Below are positions 45,294-54,464 of a stretch of 64,000 nucleotides of DNA, piece by piece. The DNA lies in the sequence record NC_054918.1. One strand, given 5' to 3'. How positions within the stretch are numbered: position 1 is the stretch's first letter; each line of letters opens with the position of its first letter. The translations under genes and the position numbers were made by a program. The notes under the pieces are model-generated. The model saw nothing but the letters and a program-made list of their open reading frames with translations, did no database searches and was not told the DNA's origin. The stretch is from Escherichia phage vB_EcoM_G4498.

Positions 45294-45464
45294 TTAATTT
45301 CGCAATTTATTAAGTTCTTCATAATCAATCCAGGATTCTAATCCTGATGGCAAATCAGATTCAATTTCCCAAAGAAGTTCTTCAATTTTATGAAGACGAT
45401 CTAGTTCTTCAGCAGGAATAGTAACCACTGACGGAGCTCTTGCTACATTAATATCGTAAATCAT
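45294..45464 (-). CDS. small hypothetical protein, 56 aa
   Basis: Start moved to the ATG at 45462-45464 (MIYDINVARAP...), just after the upstream stop. Confidence 0.5.
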   Translation of the reverse strand: MIYDINVARAPSVVTIPAEELDRLHKIEELLWEIESDLPSGLESWIDYEELNKLRN

Positions 45465-45466
45465 AT

Positions 45467-45682
45467 TTACCCCAGTTTGACCATACAATCGCCGTATTTC
45501 CACTTAGAAATAGACTTTTCACCATTAGAATAATAAACTTCAAGTTTAGCACGATTATTTTTAATTTGAATAACCTTTGCTGCCATCAAAGTTCCATACC
45601 CATAATAAACTGCAACTTCATCACCTACATATACCGCGCTTCCGCGGTAATCGTGAATATAGTCAGTTCCTTCGAGCATCAT
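45467..45682 (-). CDS. small beta-rich hypothetical protein, 71 aa
   Basis: ATGA overlap with the nrdC stop. Confidence 0.6.
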   Translation of the reverse strand: MMLEGTDYIHDYRGSAVYVGDEVAVYYGYGTLMAAKVIQIKNNRAKLEVYYSNGEKSISKWKYGDCMVKLG

Positions 45683-45942
45683 TTAAAATATTCTCGCAGT
45701 TGGTCAAATCCACCAATATGACTTCCATCAGGAGCAAATACCTGGGGCATTGTCAAGCCGATTTGAGTATCACGACCTAATTTAGTCAGAAGCTCAGCGA
45801 TTTTCTCATCATCAAAAACACCTTTTTCCGGCATAATGTTGATAAATTCAAACGGCTGTTTCTTCACGATCAAAAGACGTTTTGCATTATCGCAATACAC
45901 ACATTTATGAATGTTACTATCATAACCATATACTTTAAACAT
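45679..45942 (-). CDS. nrdC: NrdC phage thioredoxin/glutaredoxin, 87 aa
   Basis: MFKVYGYDSNIHKCVYCDNAKRLL... CVYC active site. Matches T4 NrdC. Confidence 0.95.
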   Translation of the reverse strand: MFKVYGYDSNIHKCVYCDNAKRLLIVKKQPFEFINIMPEKGVFDDEKIAELLTKLGRDTQIGLTMPQVFAPDGSHIGGFDQLREYFK

Positions 45943-45943
45943 A

Positions 45944-46186
45944 TTATTCCTTAATTCCTAGTACTTGTTTAAAAGTCTCGTCGTAATCAAGACTTTGGCC
46001 CGTTTGTTCTTTATGTTTGTATATAATATCACTTACTTCTGATAGCATATTTTTATATGAACGAGTTAAAGCAGATTTAAGCACGCTGTATCTATCAGGA
46101 AATTTACCATGTTCATTATAATAAGCTATTGCTAATTCACGGACTGCCTTTTCAGCAGCCTCCATATATTCTTTACGCTTGGTCAT
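45944..46186 (-). CDS. hypothetical protein, 80 aa
   Basis: Start moved to [20 protein letters not shown] (ATG 46184-46186). Confidence 0.55.
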   Translation of the reverse strand: MTKRKEYMEAAEKAVRELAIAYYNEHGKFPDRYSVLKSALTRSYKNMLSEVSDIIYKHKEQTGQSLDYDETFKQVLGIKE

Positions 46187-46490
46187 TTTCTTCTCGGTCA
46201 AATCGGTGTTTACAATGGCGACATTTATAACGAAGATTACTAGTCTGCCAATGGACCAATTGCACCTGTTCAGTTCCACATTCAGGGCAATTAGGAACGT
46301 TTTTAGAAGCACGTTCGCGACGTTCAACCATAACCATAATGGCATCCCAAGCAGGAGGTTTAAAGTCTAAATCGTCACAACCATGAATCTTTCCACGCAT
46401 TTCCAAATCGTCTTCTTCACCAGCCATAATAATTTTAATTAGACTAGAATTACTTGAAGCTGCAATGTCTTCTAATAGACGCTTTTTCAT
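46173..46490 (-). CDS. zinc-ribbon protein, 105 aa
   Basis: CPEC...CRHC motif. Confidence 0.6.
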   Translation of the reverse strand: MKKRLLEDIAASSNSSLIKIIMAGEEDDLEMRGKIHGCDDLDFKPPAWDAIMVMVERRERASKNVPNCPECGTEQVQLVHWQTSNLRYKCRHCKHRFDREENDQA

Positions 46491-47416
46491 TTCAATACCT
46501 CAATAGCATTACGTAAACCATTTGCTTTTGCATTAAGAGCTTTTAACAATTTGGTGTGTTCTGCAATTTGGGCTTCAACTTCAATCAAACGAGCATTGAG
46601 ATATTCGCGTTCTTCACTCAGATTATCAACCTTTTCTACTTTAGGCTCTTTTACAACTGTCTTATATGTATTAGGGTTCTTCAGTTTAATTAGAATGCGT
46701 GAACTGTATAACATTGAACCATTATTTTCGGTTTCGTCATACATTTCTACTACATCCATAATTTTTAACATCATGCGGAGTTTATAAGACAACGAACGAA
46801 TAGTTTTGTTGTGCTTATTAATTTCTTTAGCTGTCATGGTGCCGAGATTACGTGAGTAATAATAAGGAACCTGGATATTAATTAATACTGATGAACCACC
46901 TGGCTTGTGTGTTACTTCATCAGCAATAACCCAGTCCTTAACATGAACTGTATTTGTACGGTCATCACCCGCGGTAAACAGTTTGCGAGCATGCTTAAAA
47001 AGCATATTCACTTGGTCATTGAATTGACAAGCAAATTTATCAGCAAATTTAGTTTCAGGAATGGTAGATAACCAATCAGCCAAATGGGTCTTTTTAACAT
47101 CGTTAACAATAGTAAATTCAACCAAATCGGTTATAGATGTCGCAGATTTAACAAAGTTCGGCTTCATAAAGTTTTTAATGTTATCGTGAGCTACAGTAGA
47201 AGATAACATACGAGAACGTTTAAACCATTCAAGCAAATTGCCTAACGAATGAGAATAAGCGTTTTGAGTATCTTTACAGATATGATTTTCCTGGCTAACA
47301 TATTGAAGGAAATCACGAAGAATATTATTGATTACTGCTCTGTGTCCGATCTGATAATTACGATGTTTAGTAATAAGACTGTCAAAATAATCAATATAAT
47401 GTTTACGAGTTTTCAT
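46487..47416 (-). CDS. coiled-coil-tailed protein family member 1, 309 aa
   Basis: Globular N-terminal region plus a roughly 45-aa heptad-like C-terminus. The N-terminus TRKHYIDYFDSLI resembles member 2. Confidence 0.7.
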   Translation of the reverse strand: MKTRKHYIDYFDSLITKHRNYQIGHRAVINNILRDFLQYVSQENHICKDTQNAYSHSLGNLLEWFKRSRMLSSTVAHDNIKNFMKPNFVKSATSITDLVEFTIVNDVKKTHLADWLSTIPETKFADKFACQFNDQVNMLFKHARKLFTAGDDRTNTVHVKDWVIADEVTHKPGGSSVLINIQVPYYYSRNLGTMTAKEINKHNKTIRSLSYKLRMMLKIMDVVEMYDETENNGSMLYSSRILIKLKNPNTYKTVVKEPKVEKVDNLSEEREYLNARLIEVEAQIAEHTKLLKALNAKANGLRNAIEVLK

Positions 47417-47470
47417 GTTCTTCTCACTTGGTTAATGATTTATACTCCGAGCCATCCTTGGCTTTAAATT

Positions 47471-48472
47471 TTACTTAATTAACTGTAAAGCCTGTTCTAA
47501 ACGATCAAGACGATTAACAGATTCTTCCCAAATCCTTTTAGCCTGCTCATATTCTTTCTGCGCTTTATTAGAAATTTCTAGAACTTCTTTATAAGCTTTT
47601 TCTAATGCAATAACTTCTGGACGAATTTCTACCTGTTCAGGTGAATCATCAAGACATTCCATTAGTTCCTCAAGGGTAGTTTCTTCTTTAGGAGTATTCA
47701 CAATTTCATCACATTTTTGTTGGTAAATTTCTTTATTAGTCGGTGAGTACGCACACTTTACTTCACGAAGACTAATTATAATTTTATATCCTTCCCATCC
47801 ACACATATTTTTGAAAGGATATGTATGAATACTTTTTACAGTTTCCATACAGCCCAAAGCCGTCTCTAATTGATGAGTTATAGTGCTAGCAATTGAGAAA
47901 AATTTATTAATGTTCTTTTGATTAGCTGCTGGTGTAAAAAATCCATAATTCACAAAAATAGCTACTTTATTTTTATCAAGCTCATATTCTTTTACGATAA
48001 TCATATCAGAAGCCAAAGGATGAATTTGACGATAATCGCCATAACATAATTTAGAAGCTGATTTTAGAATTTGTCCTTTGAAAAGTCTGAAATTACTAAT
48101 CCAACGACGAGTAAAAATATTCTCAGGGTCTTCTTTGATATTAAGATGATAAGAATTAACATCACCGAACCAATTATATCCTACTACATCTTTGGTTCGT
48201 TTAATTTCTTTCCCAAAATTACCAAGAATATCCCGATTAACCAAATATGAAAGAAGACGAGATCCTTTAAAGGTTTTCTTAATGGCATCTTTATTTGTAC
48301 GACTAGAAATTTCATGAACTTCATGAATAAATTTGCCGGAAGAAACAATACTTGCATCAATATTATTGAGCCATTGATTGATAATAGAAAGAACACTATT
48401 TTGGCCAAACAGCGGTATAACTTTATCATCAATAACGCTATTGAATGATTTGATATATTCGTTACGAGTCAT
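47471..48472 (-). CDS. coiled-coil-tailed protein family member 2, 333 aa
   Basis: Start moved to MTRNEYIKSFNSVI (ATG 48470-48472, SD GAGGAG). The track start lies in the promoter at 48501-48530. Confidence 0.7.
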   Translation of the reverse strand: MTRNEYIKSFNSVIDDKVIPLFGQNSVLSIINQWLNNIDASIVSSGKFIHEVHEISSRTNKDAIKKTFKGSRLLSYLVNRDILGNFGKEIKRTKDVVGYNWFGDVNSYHLNIKEDPENIFTRRWISNFRLFKGQILKSASKLCYGDYRQIHPLASDMIIVKEYELDKNKVAIFVNYGFFTPAANQKNINKFFSIASTITHQLETALGCMETVKSIHTYPFKNMCGWEGYKIIISLREVKCAYSPTNKEIYQQKCDEIVNTPKEETTLEELMECLDDSPEQVEIRPEVIALEKAYKEVLEISNKAQKEYEQAKRIWEESVNRLDRLEQALQLIK

Positions 48473-48500
48473 ATTAATCTCCTCAGTAGAAAGTAAGAAC

Positions 48501-48530
48501 ATTATACCACATCCTTGTGGCGAAGTAAAC
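48501..48530 (-). promoter_or_regulatory. early promoter
   Basis: GTTTAC-N18-TATAAT. The spacer is nearly identical to the promoter at 2418-2447. Confidence 0.7.
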
Positions 48531-49549
48531 TAGTTCAGTGCATTTAGTGCGTTGTTCAGTTTAGAACGTTGCTTCGTGAGATTTTTGACTTTTTCTTGAG
48601 CTTTTTCTAGCATCTTTTCAGCTTCTAGCACTTCATTGGTCGCTTTAACGAGTTCATCATCTACTGCCTTGATAGACTTCTCAATCGCATCCGCGTGCCA
48701 TTTTTCAACAGGTTTAAGACTCGGATTTTCAATAGGAAGAAAATTCACTTTATTGAATTTCCATGCATCTTTATTGCCTGAACTATACATCCAAAATTTA
48801 GGATCGTTTGATGAGTAATTAGATAAATTTAAGTTATCTTGCACTTCTTGCTTTTTCTCTTGCGGGACTTCATCCTTTCTCAAAAAATCGTATTTAAATG
48901 AAACGATCATATCAAGTTCATATGTTGTTGTATGTTCCCAATTTCGCTCAAAACGAGGTAAAATCTTAGAATGAACAGCGGCAACAACATCCATATACTT
49001 AAATGCTTCTGTCAACTGCGATTTAAGGCATTCGCAAATTGAAAGAGAATTTTTTGTATTAGGTTTAAAGCTAATTCGTGCAGTTCTATTATTTTCTTTT
49101 AATGGTCTTACTTCCATCTGAAGAGTATAACCATCAAATTTCAGGTTCTTTAAGTTAATGTCAGAACCTTTTAATCGACTAGCCGTCGACAAAATTTGCT
49201 TTAATTGTTTACGGAATAGAGCAATAAATCTCCATTCAATACGATAATGATTTGGATTGAAAAATCCAGATGATAAATCGACCTTACTCTGACCAACACC
49301 TTGAACAAACAGAGGATTTTTATAATCAATAGTTTTACAGAAATCGGTGAGCTGCTCACGAGCAGTCATTTGTGTAATATACCCCGCTTTACTAAAATGA
49401 CGTAACCATTCACTGCTATTCATATATTTAAAGTGAATATCACGATTAACTTTATCAGGGTCTAAATTATTTTGGCACAAAAATGTCATAACATCACGAG
49501 TATAGCTGGCATTACGAACCATATCTTCAATTTGAGAACGAGTTTTCAT
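48530..49549 (-). CDS. coiled-coil-tailed protein family member 3, 339 aa
   Basis: Same architecture; C-terminal coiled coil ...EKMLEKAQEKVKNLTKQRSKLNNALNALN. Confidence 0.7.
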   Translation of the reverse strand: MKTRSQIEDMVRNASYTRDVMTFLCQNNLDPDKVNRDIHFKYMNSSEWLRHFSKAGYITQMTAREQLTDFCKTIDYKNPLFVQGVGQSKVDLSSGFFNPNHYRIEWRFIALFRKQLKQILSTASRLKGSDINLKNLKFDGYTLQMEVRPLKENNRTARISFKPNTKNSLSICECLKSQLTEAFKYMDVVAAVHSKILPRFERNWEHTTTYELDMIVSFKYDFLRKDEVPQEKKQEVQDNLNLSNYSSNDPKFWMYSSGNKDAWKFNKVNFLPIENPSLKPVEKWHADAIEKSIKAVDDELVKATNEVLEAEKMLEKAQEKVKNLTKQRSKLNNALNALN

Positions 49550-49557
49550 GGTGTTCC

Positions 49558-50445
49558 TTAAGATTTAAGTAAATCAACAATTTTAATTAACTTTTCACGC
49601 TCAGATTTAGCTTTACTACTCAATCCAGATAGTCTGAAAATTTCATCGTCATACTGTTGAATAGAAATATTCAGCTCTTCAATTTGCTTATTAAAATAAT
49701 CAATTTGCTCAGAATGTTTTTCATTACTGCGAACTGGTACAGGTTTTGTAGGCAATTTAGTTAAACTGGATTCATCCGGGCGATAAATTAAAATACAACT
49801 TGAACCAATCGGGCATTTAGCACCAGACACATATTCTAATGTTCCGGCTTCTTTTAAAACTTCAAAAGCTAAACAGAGATGATGCCCCATATTAACATAA
49901 TCTGTAGAGCGAGCTCTGACGTAATAATCATCGCCGCGAATACTAAATTTAAAGCATTTAAGGTCTTCTGTATTATTGGTCTTAAAAATCATTTGTTTAT
50001 CTAGACCTTTAGCTAATCGAGCGCCTAATGCTAATAATCGTCGTTGATTTTCCCACAAATCTGCGATCATTTGGTCAAATGATAATTTCGGCATTAGTCG
50101 ACCGTAAAGATCATAGCCTTTATTATAATTGCGAAGAATTTCACTTGCATTAATACGAGACAATGCTCCAATTTTATTAAGGGCTTTCATAATGCGATTA
50201 GATAAACCCATTCCAGACCCGTTTGTTCGCTGTAAATGTTTTTCTAATCCAAATCCAATATCAACTTTAAACTTATCTAAAATTTCTGCATGAACATCTC
50301 TGTCAATAACATTCAAATCCAAAGTTGGGTTAAATCTATGAAAAAATTTATCTGGCTCTCCACGACGAAGTACAGTCCATTCATTCAATTTTTTATTAAC
50401 TAAAGATTTAATTACTGCATTGACATTATTAATTACTACTGACAT
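49558..50445 (-). CDS. coiled-coil-tailed protein family member 4, 295 aa
   Basis: ATG at 50443-50445 after GAGG (MSVVINNVNAVIK...). C-terminal coiled coil. Confidence 0.7.
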   Translation of the reverse strand: MSVVINNVNAVIKSLVNKKLNEWTVLRRGEPDKFFHRFNPTLDLNVIDRDVHAEILDKFKVDIGFGLEKHLQRTNGSGMGLSNRIMKALNKIGALSRINASEILRNYNKGYDLYGRLMPKLSFDQMIADLWENQRRLLALGARLAKGLDKQMIFKTNNTEDLKCFKFSIRGDDYYVRARSTDYVNMGHHLCLAFEVLKEAGTLEYVSGAKCPIGSSCILIYRPDESSLTKLPTKPVPVRSNEKHSEQIDYFNKQIEELNISIQQYDDEIFRLSGLSSKAKSEREKLIKIVDLLKS

Positions 50446-50452
50446 ATTTTCC

Positions 50453-50860
50453 TCACTCAATTTCAATTTTACTAAATACGCAGAATATGATGGAAAAGAC
50501 TATATAAGCACCGCATACAGATTGAACTAATACCATTCCAAAGAACCAAACAATATTATCAAACAATGTCTGTTTTACGTCGAAAGGACGTAAACTTACA
50601 GTAATATTATCGCCTTTTTCTATTGATGAATACATCTCTGGGGAAATATATTCGCTAAATCTATAACCGTCTTTGAGTTCATATACGGCAATAAACGATA
50701 AACTAGACCCCTTTCCTTGAGTTCCTGTAAGGGTATTAACTACAGTAACATCATAATCTTTATAATGCATATAATCATTAATTGCGTAATAACCATATGC
50801 AATTACTATACATAAACAACATATCAATAAATTCAATCTTTTAATTATCAACTGTTTCAT
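50453..50860 (-). CDS. membrane protein with N- and C-terminal TM segments, 135 aa
   Basis: Hydrophobic segments LNLLICCLCIVIAYGYY and IVWFFGMVLVQSVCGAYIVFSIIFCVF. Confidence 0.65.
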   Translation of the reverse strand: MKQLIIKRLNLLICCLCIVIAYGYYAINDYMHYKDYDVTVVNTLTGTQGKGSSLSFIAVYELKDGYRFSEYISPEMYSSIEKGDNITVSLRPFDVKQTLFDNIVWFFGMVLVQSVCGAYIVFSIIFCVFSKIEIE

Positions 50861-50915
50861 AATAATCTCAATTAAAAGGGCTTAGAACCATTATACCATC
50901 CTTGGTATAAAGCGG

Positions 50916-51443
50916 TTATGCGAGTACCGTCTTTAACCGTTCTTCAAACTTCCGAAGAGTATTTTGGCGTTCAGCTCTTTGCTTTTTGTAAGTTTCAATA
51001 CGCTCTGAAATGAGAGTGTATCGTTCATTTACTGATTCTTTCATAAAATCAGGAATTTCACGAGAAGCTTTAATCTCGTCAAATTTATCAATAACAGCTT
51101 GCTCTTCAGCAATTAAGTTATCATACATCAAAATATCTTTCTTGATGAACTCAATATCTTCTTGAGTTACACGAGATAATTTAGATGCTTTATCCTTTTT
51201 GTACTGTTCGTTAGTATCACGAGACCAGTGTAATGTACGATTTTTATTCATATTCTTGTAAATTTCTACAATACCAATCTCATCGATAATAACGATCCAA
51301 TTCCAACGGGATTTGTAAATTTGTCCTCCATCAACAGTGATTTCACCTCCGATTGAGATGTCATTAAAGAACTTGCTTTGTGCTTCAGATTTAAATTTAC
51401 CATCATTGTAGTTTACCAAGTTGAAAATATCTTTAGCATTCAT
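50916..51443 (-). CDS. hypothetical protein with a helical/coiled C-terminal half, 175 aa
   Basis: Start at MNAKDIFNLV (ATG 51441-51443). The upstream track codons are the promoter/leader cassette. Confidence 0.65.
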   Translation of the reverse strand: MNAKDIFNLVNYNDGKFKSEAQSKFFNDISIGGEITVDGGQIYKSRWNWIVIIDEIGIVEIYKNMNKNRTLHWSRDTNEQYKKDKASKLSRVTQEDIEFIKKDILMYDNLIAEEQAVIDKFDEIKASREIPDFMKESVNERYTLISERIETYKKQRAERQNTLRKFEERLKTVLA

Positions 51444-51501
51444 TTTCTGTTCCTCCGTAGTTGATAGTTGTATAGTACCACAGAGGAACGGTCTTGTAAA
51501 C
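51441..51501 (-). repeat. promoter/leader cassette copy C
   Basis: GGTACTATACAACTATCAACTACGGAGGAACAGAAAATGAAT. Shares the first ~22 nt after the -10. Confidence 0.65.
51472..51501 (-). promoter_or_regulatory. early promoter
   Basis: GTTTAC-N18-TACTAT. Leader cassette copy C. Confidence 0.65.
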
Positions 51502-51503
51502 AA

Positions 51504-51806
51504 CTAAAAGAAACTTCTTTCACAATTTTTTCCACTGAACCACGCACTCACTGCTTTCTTAGTCTCAGGAGCAGTGTTATCCATAAACCATTCAAAGGCA
51601 GCCTTTTTATGATTCTGGAGGGCTTCTCGGGCTTTAATCTGCTCACGGTCTATTAACACTAACATATGAGCCTTTCTTGTCACCAGGGGCTTCTTATGAT
51701 TTTTTGAATACTCCCAATCATTTGTCCATCGCATCGTTGTTGCGAATTGAAGTACAGCTTCCTTAATCTTAGTTTCGTAAATTTCACGAGCCTTTGAGTA
51801 TAACAT
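51504..51806 (-). CDS. hypothetical protein, about 100 aa
   Basis: ATG at 51804-51806 lies 5 nt after GGAGG (MLYSKAREIY...). Confidence 0.55.
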   Translation of the reverse strand: MLYSKAREIYETKIKEAVLQFATTMRWTNDWEYSKNHKKPLVTRKAHMLVLIDREQIKAREALQNHKKAAFEWFMDNTAPETKKAVSAWFSGKNCERSFF

Positions 51807-51907
51807 CACTACCTCCATTTACCAGTTTAATTCTAGTCATCTTTTTGATGGCAGTCCATATAATCTATTTCTGAACTGCCTTTTTGTCATAGAAATCCTC
51901 TTATGAA

Positions 51908-52876
51908 TTATTTCAGAAGAGTAACCTCAGCGATTTCTTCCCAACCGTTTTTGTCGGTCATAATAAAGTCAGCAAGATAAAGCGCAGTACGCAGTGAAAC
52001 ATTGCGTAAACGATTAACATTGACTTTCATCCATGATAATGCTTTATAAGTTTCTTCATCAGAAAGACCACGCTTTTGCATCATGTCAGTTGAAAGAATA
52101 ACATCTTCAACCCTGACCATAATTTCTTCATTAGTGTGAACACCCAAATCCAAATAAACTGAGCGGGACACTAATGCTTGTAAATGTGGAGCAAGTTTAG
52201 TACCACGGTCTAATTCGCGGTCAATGTCAACGTTTGTGATAAAAACAATCGTTCCTTTAAATTCAAACTCACGCTCAATGCCTTTTTCTTCTAAGTAAGA
52301 AGATGCAGTGCTCCAGCAGACTTTACGGGTCTCTCCAGTGTCCAGAGCAGCTTTCAGAAGATTAAGAATGTCCATATCAGAGAAAACATCCACATCATCA
52401 ATCAAAAGGACAGAATTCTCTTCACGATTATTCCAGAGCTGTTCATAAAGACCGATACCAGAGATTTTACCGTTAATGCTTTTATATTCAATGTATCCAA
52501 TATCATTTGCTTTATTTAAAGCTTTATCTAAAGAATACGTTTTACCAATGCCTGCTGCGCCAGAGATAATTAATGAACGAATGTTTCCGTTAATAATACC
52601 ATTCGTCATCATTCCCATAACATTAAATCTTTTATTAATACGGGTTTTCATATCTTCATATGATTCTTTAACTTCTTCAACTTTTACGCCATCATATGAA
52701 ATGTCTGATTTGTAAACCCAAACACCGCGACGTTTACCGTCAATTTCAACAAAAACTTTACCATCTCCTTGTGCATCTACCGGAGCATTATCAGGGAACC
52801 ACTCACCTAAGAGTTCAAAAGTTCCAGAGATTTCTTTACCGAAGTAGATACCCTTATTGATAGTTACAGTTTTCAT
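51908..52876 (-). CDS. AAA-type ATPase (nrdC.10 position), 322 aa
   Basis: Walker A SGAAGIGKTYS and Walker B VLLIDDVD. Start at MKTVTINKG (ATG 52874-52876). Confidence 0.75.
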   Translation of the reverse strand: MKTVTINKGIYFGKEISGTFELLGEWFPDNAPVDAQGDGKVFVEIDGKRRGVWVYKSDISYDGVKVEEVKESYEDMKTRINKRFNVMGMMTNGIINGNIRSLIISGAAGIGKTYSLDKALNKANDIGYIEYKSINGKISGIGLYEQLWNNREENSVLLIDDVDVFSDMDILNLLKAALDTGETRKVCWSTASSYLEEKGIEREFEFKGTIVFITNVDIDRELDRGTKLAPHLQALVSRSVYLDLGVHTNEEIMVRVEDVILSTDMMQKRGLSDEETYKALSWMKVNVNRLRNVSLRTALYLADFIMTDKNGWEEIAEVTLLK

Positions 52877-52940
52877 TTTATTCTCCAAATCCGTATCAGT
52901 TGATAGTTGTATAGTACCATAAAGCTTTATGCTTGTAAAC
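52874..52940 (-). repeat. promoter/leader cassette copy D
   Basis: GGTACTATACAACTATCAACTGATACGGATTTGGAGAATAAAATGAAA. Differs from copy B by a 3-nt deletion. Confidence 0.75.
52911..52940 (-). promoter_or_regulatory. early promoter
   Basis: GTTTAC-N18-TACTAT. Leader cassette copy D, just after the terminator at 52971-52988. Confidence 0.65.
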
Positions 52941-52970
52941 AACTTTGTGAAAAAATTTTGAAATAAAAAA

Positions 52971-52988
52971 GGGAGCCCGAAGGCTCCC
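52971..52988 (-). terminator. rho-independent terminator after the nucleotidyltransferase gene
   Basis: GGGAGCC-UUCG-GGCUCCC followed by UUUUUUAUUU. Confidence 0.8.
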
Positions 52989-52990
52989 TA

Positions 52991-54004
52991 TCATTTATAA
53001 TAACTTCGATGGTTTTCAAGATAGACCTTCTCAAGGAAGTCATCCCAGAAACCCATGTCAACTTTTTGTTGCATACCGTTCTTAGAAGCTTCAGTAGATG
53101 CTGCTTCTACTTGATCGACCACATCTTCCAAAAACTCTTGAACCGTTTTAAATGGATGTTTACCCAACTTCACGTCGAGAATAAATGGAGCATCTTGGAG
53201 TGGATAAATCAAGTCGCCAGTTTTGTAAATTTCCAATAGTTGAAGTCCACCACGACAAGCATGACTCAGAGCTTTCCAGTCAATACCTTCGTTGGCTTCG
53301 GCCTTACGAGCGCGTTCACCGTATTCAGCATCTAATTTGTTCAGTGACTGCTTAAGCTCAATAAGAGAAAGCGTTGTCTGATATTTACGACCCAACACAG
53401 TGTAAAACGTCTGTGGGCCTGTTTTCTCATGATTATGAAACACCCATTCACAGAATTCGTTTTCTGGAAGACGATGCTTAATATCTTCAACTTTAGTGCG
53501 ACGCTGCTTAATAGAACCATCTTCTTGGTAATCAATCCATTGCTCAGGGATTTGATTAACTACTTTCAATACATCACGTAATGCAGCCAAACGAGAACCC
53601 TTGACACCGTATTTAGAAGCTTGCTTACGGACATATCCTAAATAGGATTTCATGTTAGTCGTATAAAAACGAGAACGGTTGTCTTGAATAAACTTCCACA
53701 CATCAGGCAAATCAGATTTAACCACTAGCTCAGGTGGAGTGTGAAGCATATCTAATGCTACAGTTTCACCATCTGCTGCTAATTTAAAGAAATATTTAAG
53801 ACTGTATAGTTCATGGTCAATATCATCTTTAGTGTTTTTAGATGATGTGTTGTTAGTGTTTTTACTCATGTGCTCTTTGACATTTCCGATAAGAATATCA
53901 CGAGCAGGAGGAACAAAAATTTCTTTAAAATCTACATCAGATTCTGGGGTAGAAGTTCCATAAAGATGACTACCAAAATAGCTTTTCATTACTGTTTTCA
54001 TCAT
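52991..54004 (-). CDS. Pol-beta-superfamily nucleotidyltransferase (nrdC.11 position), 337 aa
   Basis: N-terminal GSHLYGTSTPESDVDFKEIF matches the GS-x(9-13)-DxD NTase signature. ATGA overlap with the upstream stop. Confidence 0.65.
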   Translation of the reverse strand: MMKTVMKSYFGSHLYGTSTPESDVDFKEIFVPPARDILIGNVKEHMSKNTNNTSSKNTKDDIDHELYSLKYFFKLAADGETVALDMLHTPPELVVKSDLPDVWKFIQDNRSRFYTTNMKSYLGYVRKQASKYGVKGSRLAALRDVLKVVNQIPEQWIDYQEDGSIKQRRTKVEDIKHRLPENEFCEWVFHNHEKTGPQTFYTVLGRKYQTTLSLIELKQSLNKLDAEYGERARKAEANEGIDWKALSHACRGGLQLLEIYKTGDLIYPLQDAPFILDVKLGKHPFKTVQEFLEDVVDQVEAASTEASKNGMQQKVDMGFWDDFLEKVYLENHRSYYK

Positions 54005-54462
54005 TCAGCCTTATATTCAATAACAGGACATACTTTAGCTTTACGAGCTTTTAAAAATTCGACGATAATCGATTTCTTGGGTTGAATAGGAGGTAAACCT
54101 TTATACGCTCTATCAATATTTTCTACGTGTAAAGCATAATCCTTTTTCCATTTATAATCTTTATATTTTTCATGCAAATGTGCAGGAATAACAAATGAAC
54201 CGATAATAAGTAAAACAACCAAAAGCGCAAGTATAAATGCCGATGGAAGAAGAGTCCATAAACTACCGAAAATAAGCCAACGATGTAGGCTTTCTGCACA
54301 AATAATTGTTAGCCCTACGAGTATAGCACATCCAAAAATAGAAACGAAAAATGTAGGAATGGCAATAGACCAAAAATATGCGCATAGTGTCTTAGGTCGT
54401 TGCCATTCATCGTTAAACAATTTGAATAATTTATAATGCCAAGAGTTTTCATTAATAATCAT
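54001..54462 (-). CDS. multi-pass membrane protein, 153 aa
   Basis: Three hydrophobic segments. Confidence 0.65.
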   Translation of the reverse strand: MIINENSWHYKLFKLFNDEWQRPKTLCAYFWSIAIPTFFVSIFGCAILVGLTIICAESLHRWLIFGSLWTLLPSAFILALLVVLLIIGSFVIPAHLHEKYKDYKWKKDYALHVENIDRAYKGLPPIQPKKSIIVEFLKARKAKVCPVIEYKAE

Positions 54463-54464
54463 AA

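Noticed and set aside
50890-50919. Early-promoter look-alike upstream of the 135-aa membrane protein (TATAAT, with a spacer resembling the promoters at 2418 and 48501).
   Set aside because: The -35 position reads ATAACC instead of GTTTAC. It is possibly a decayed cassette and is not reported as a promoter.
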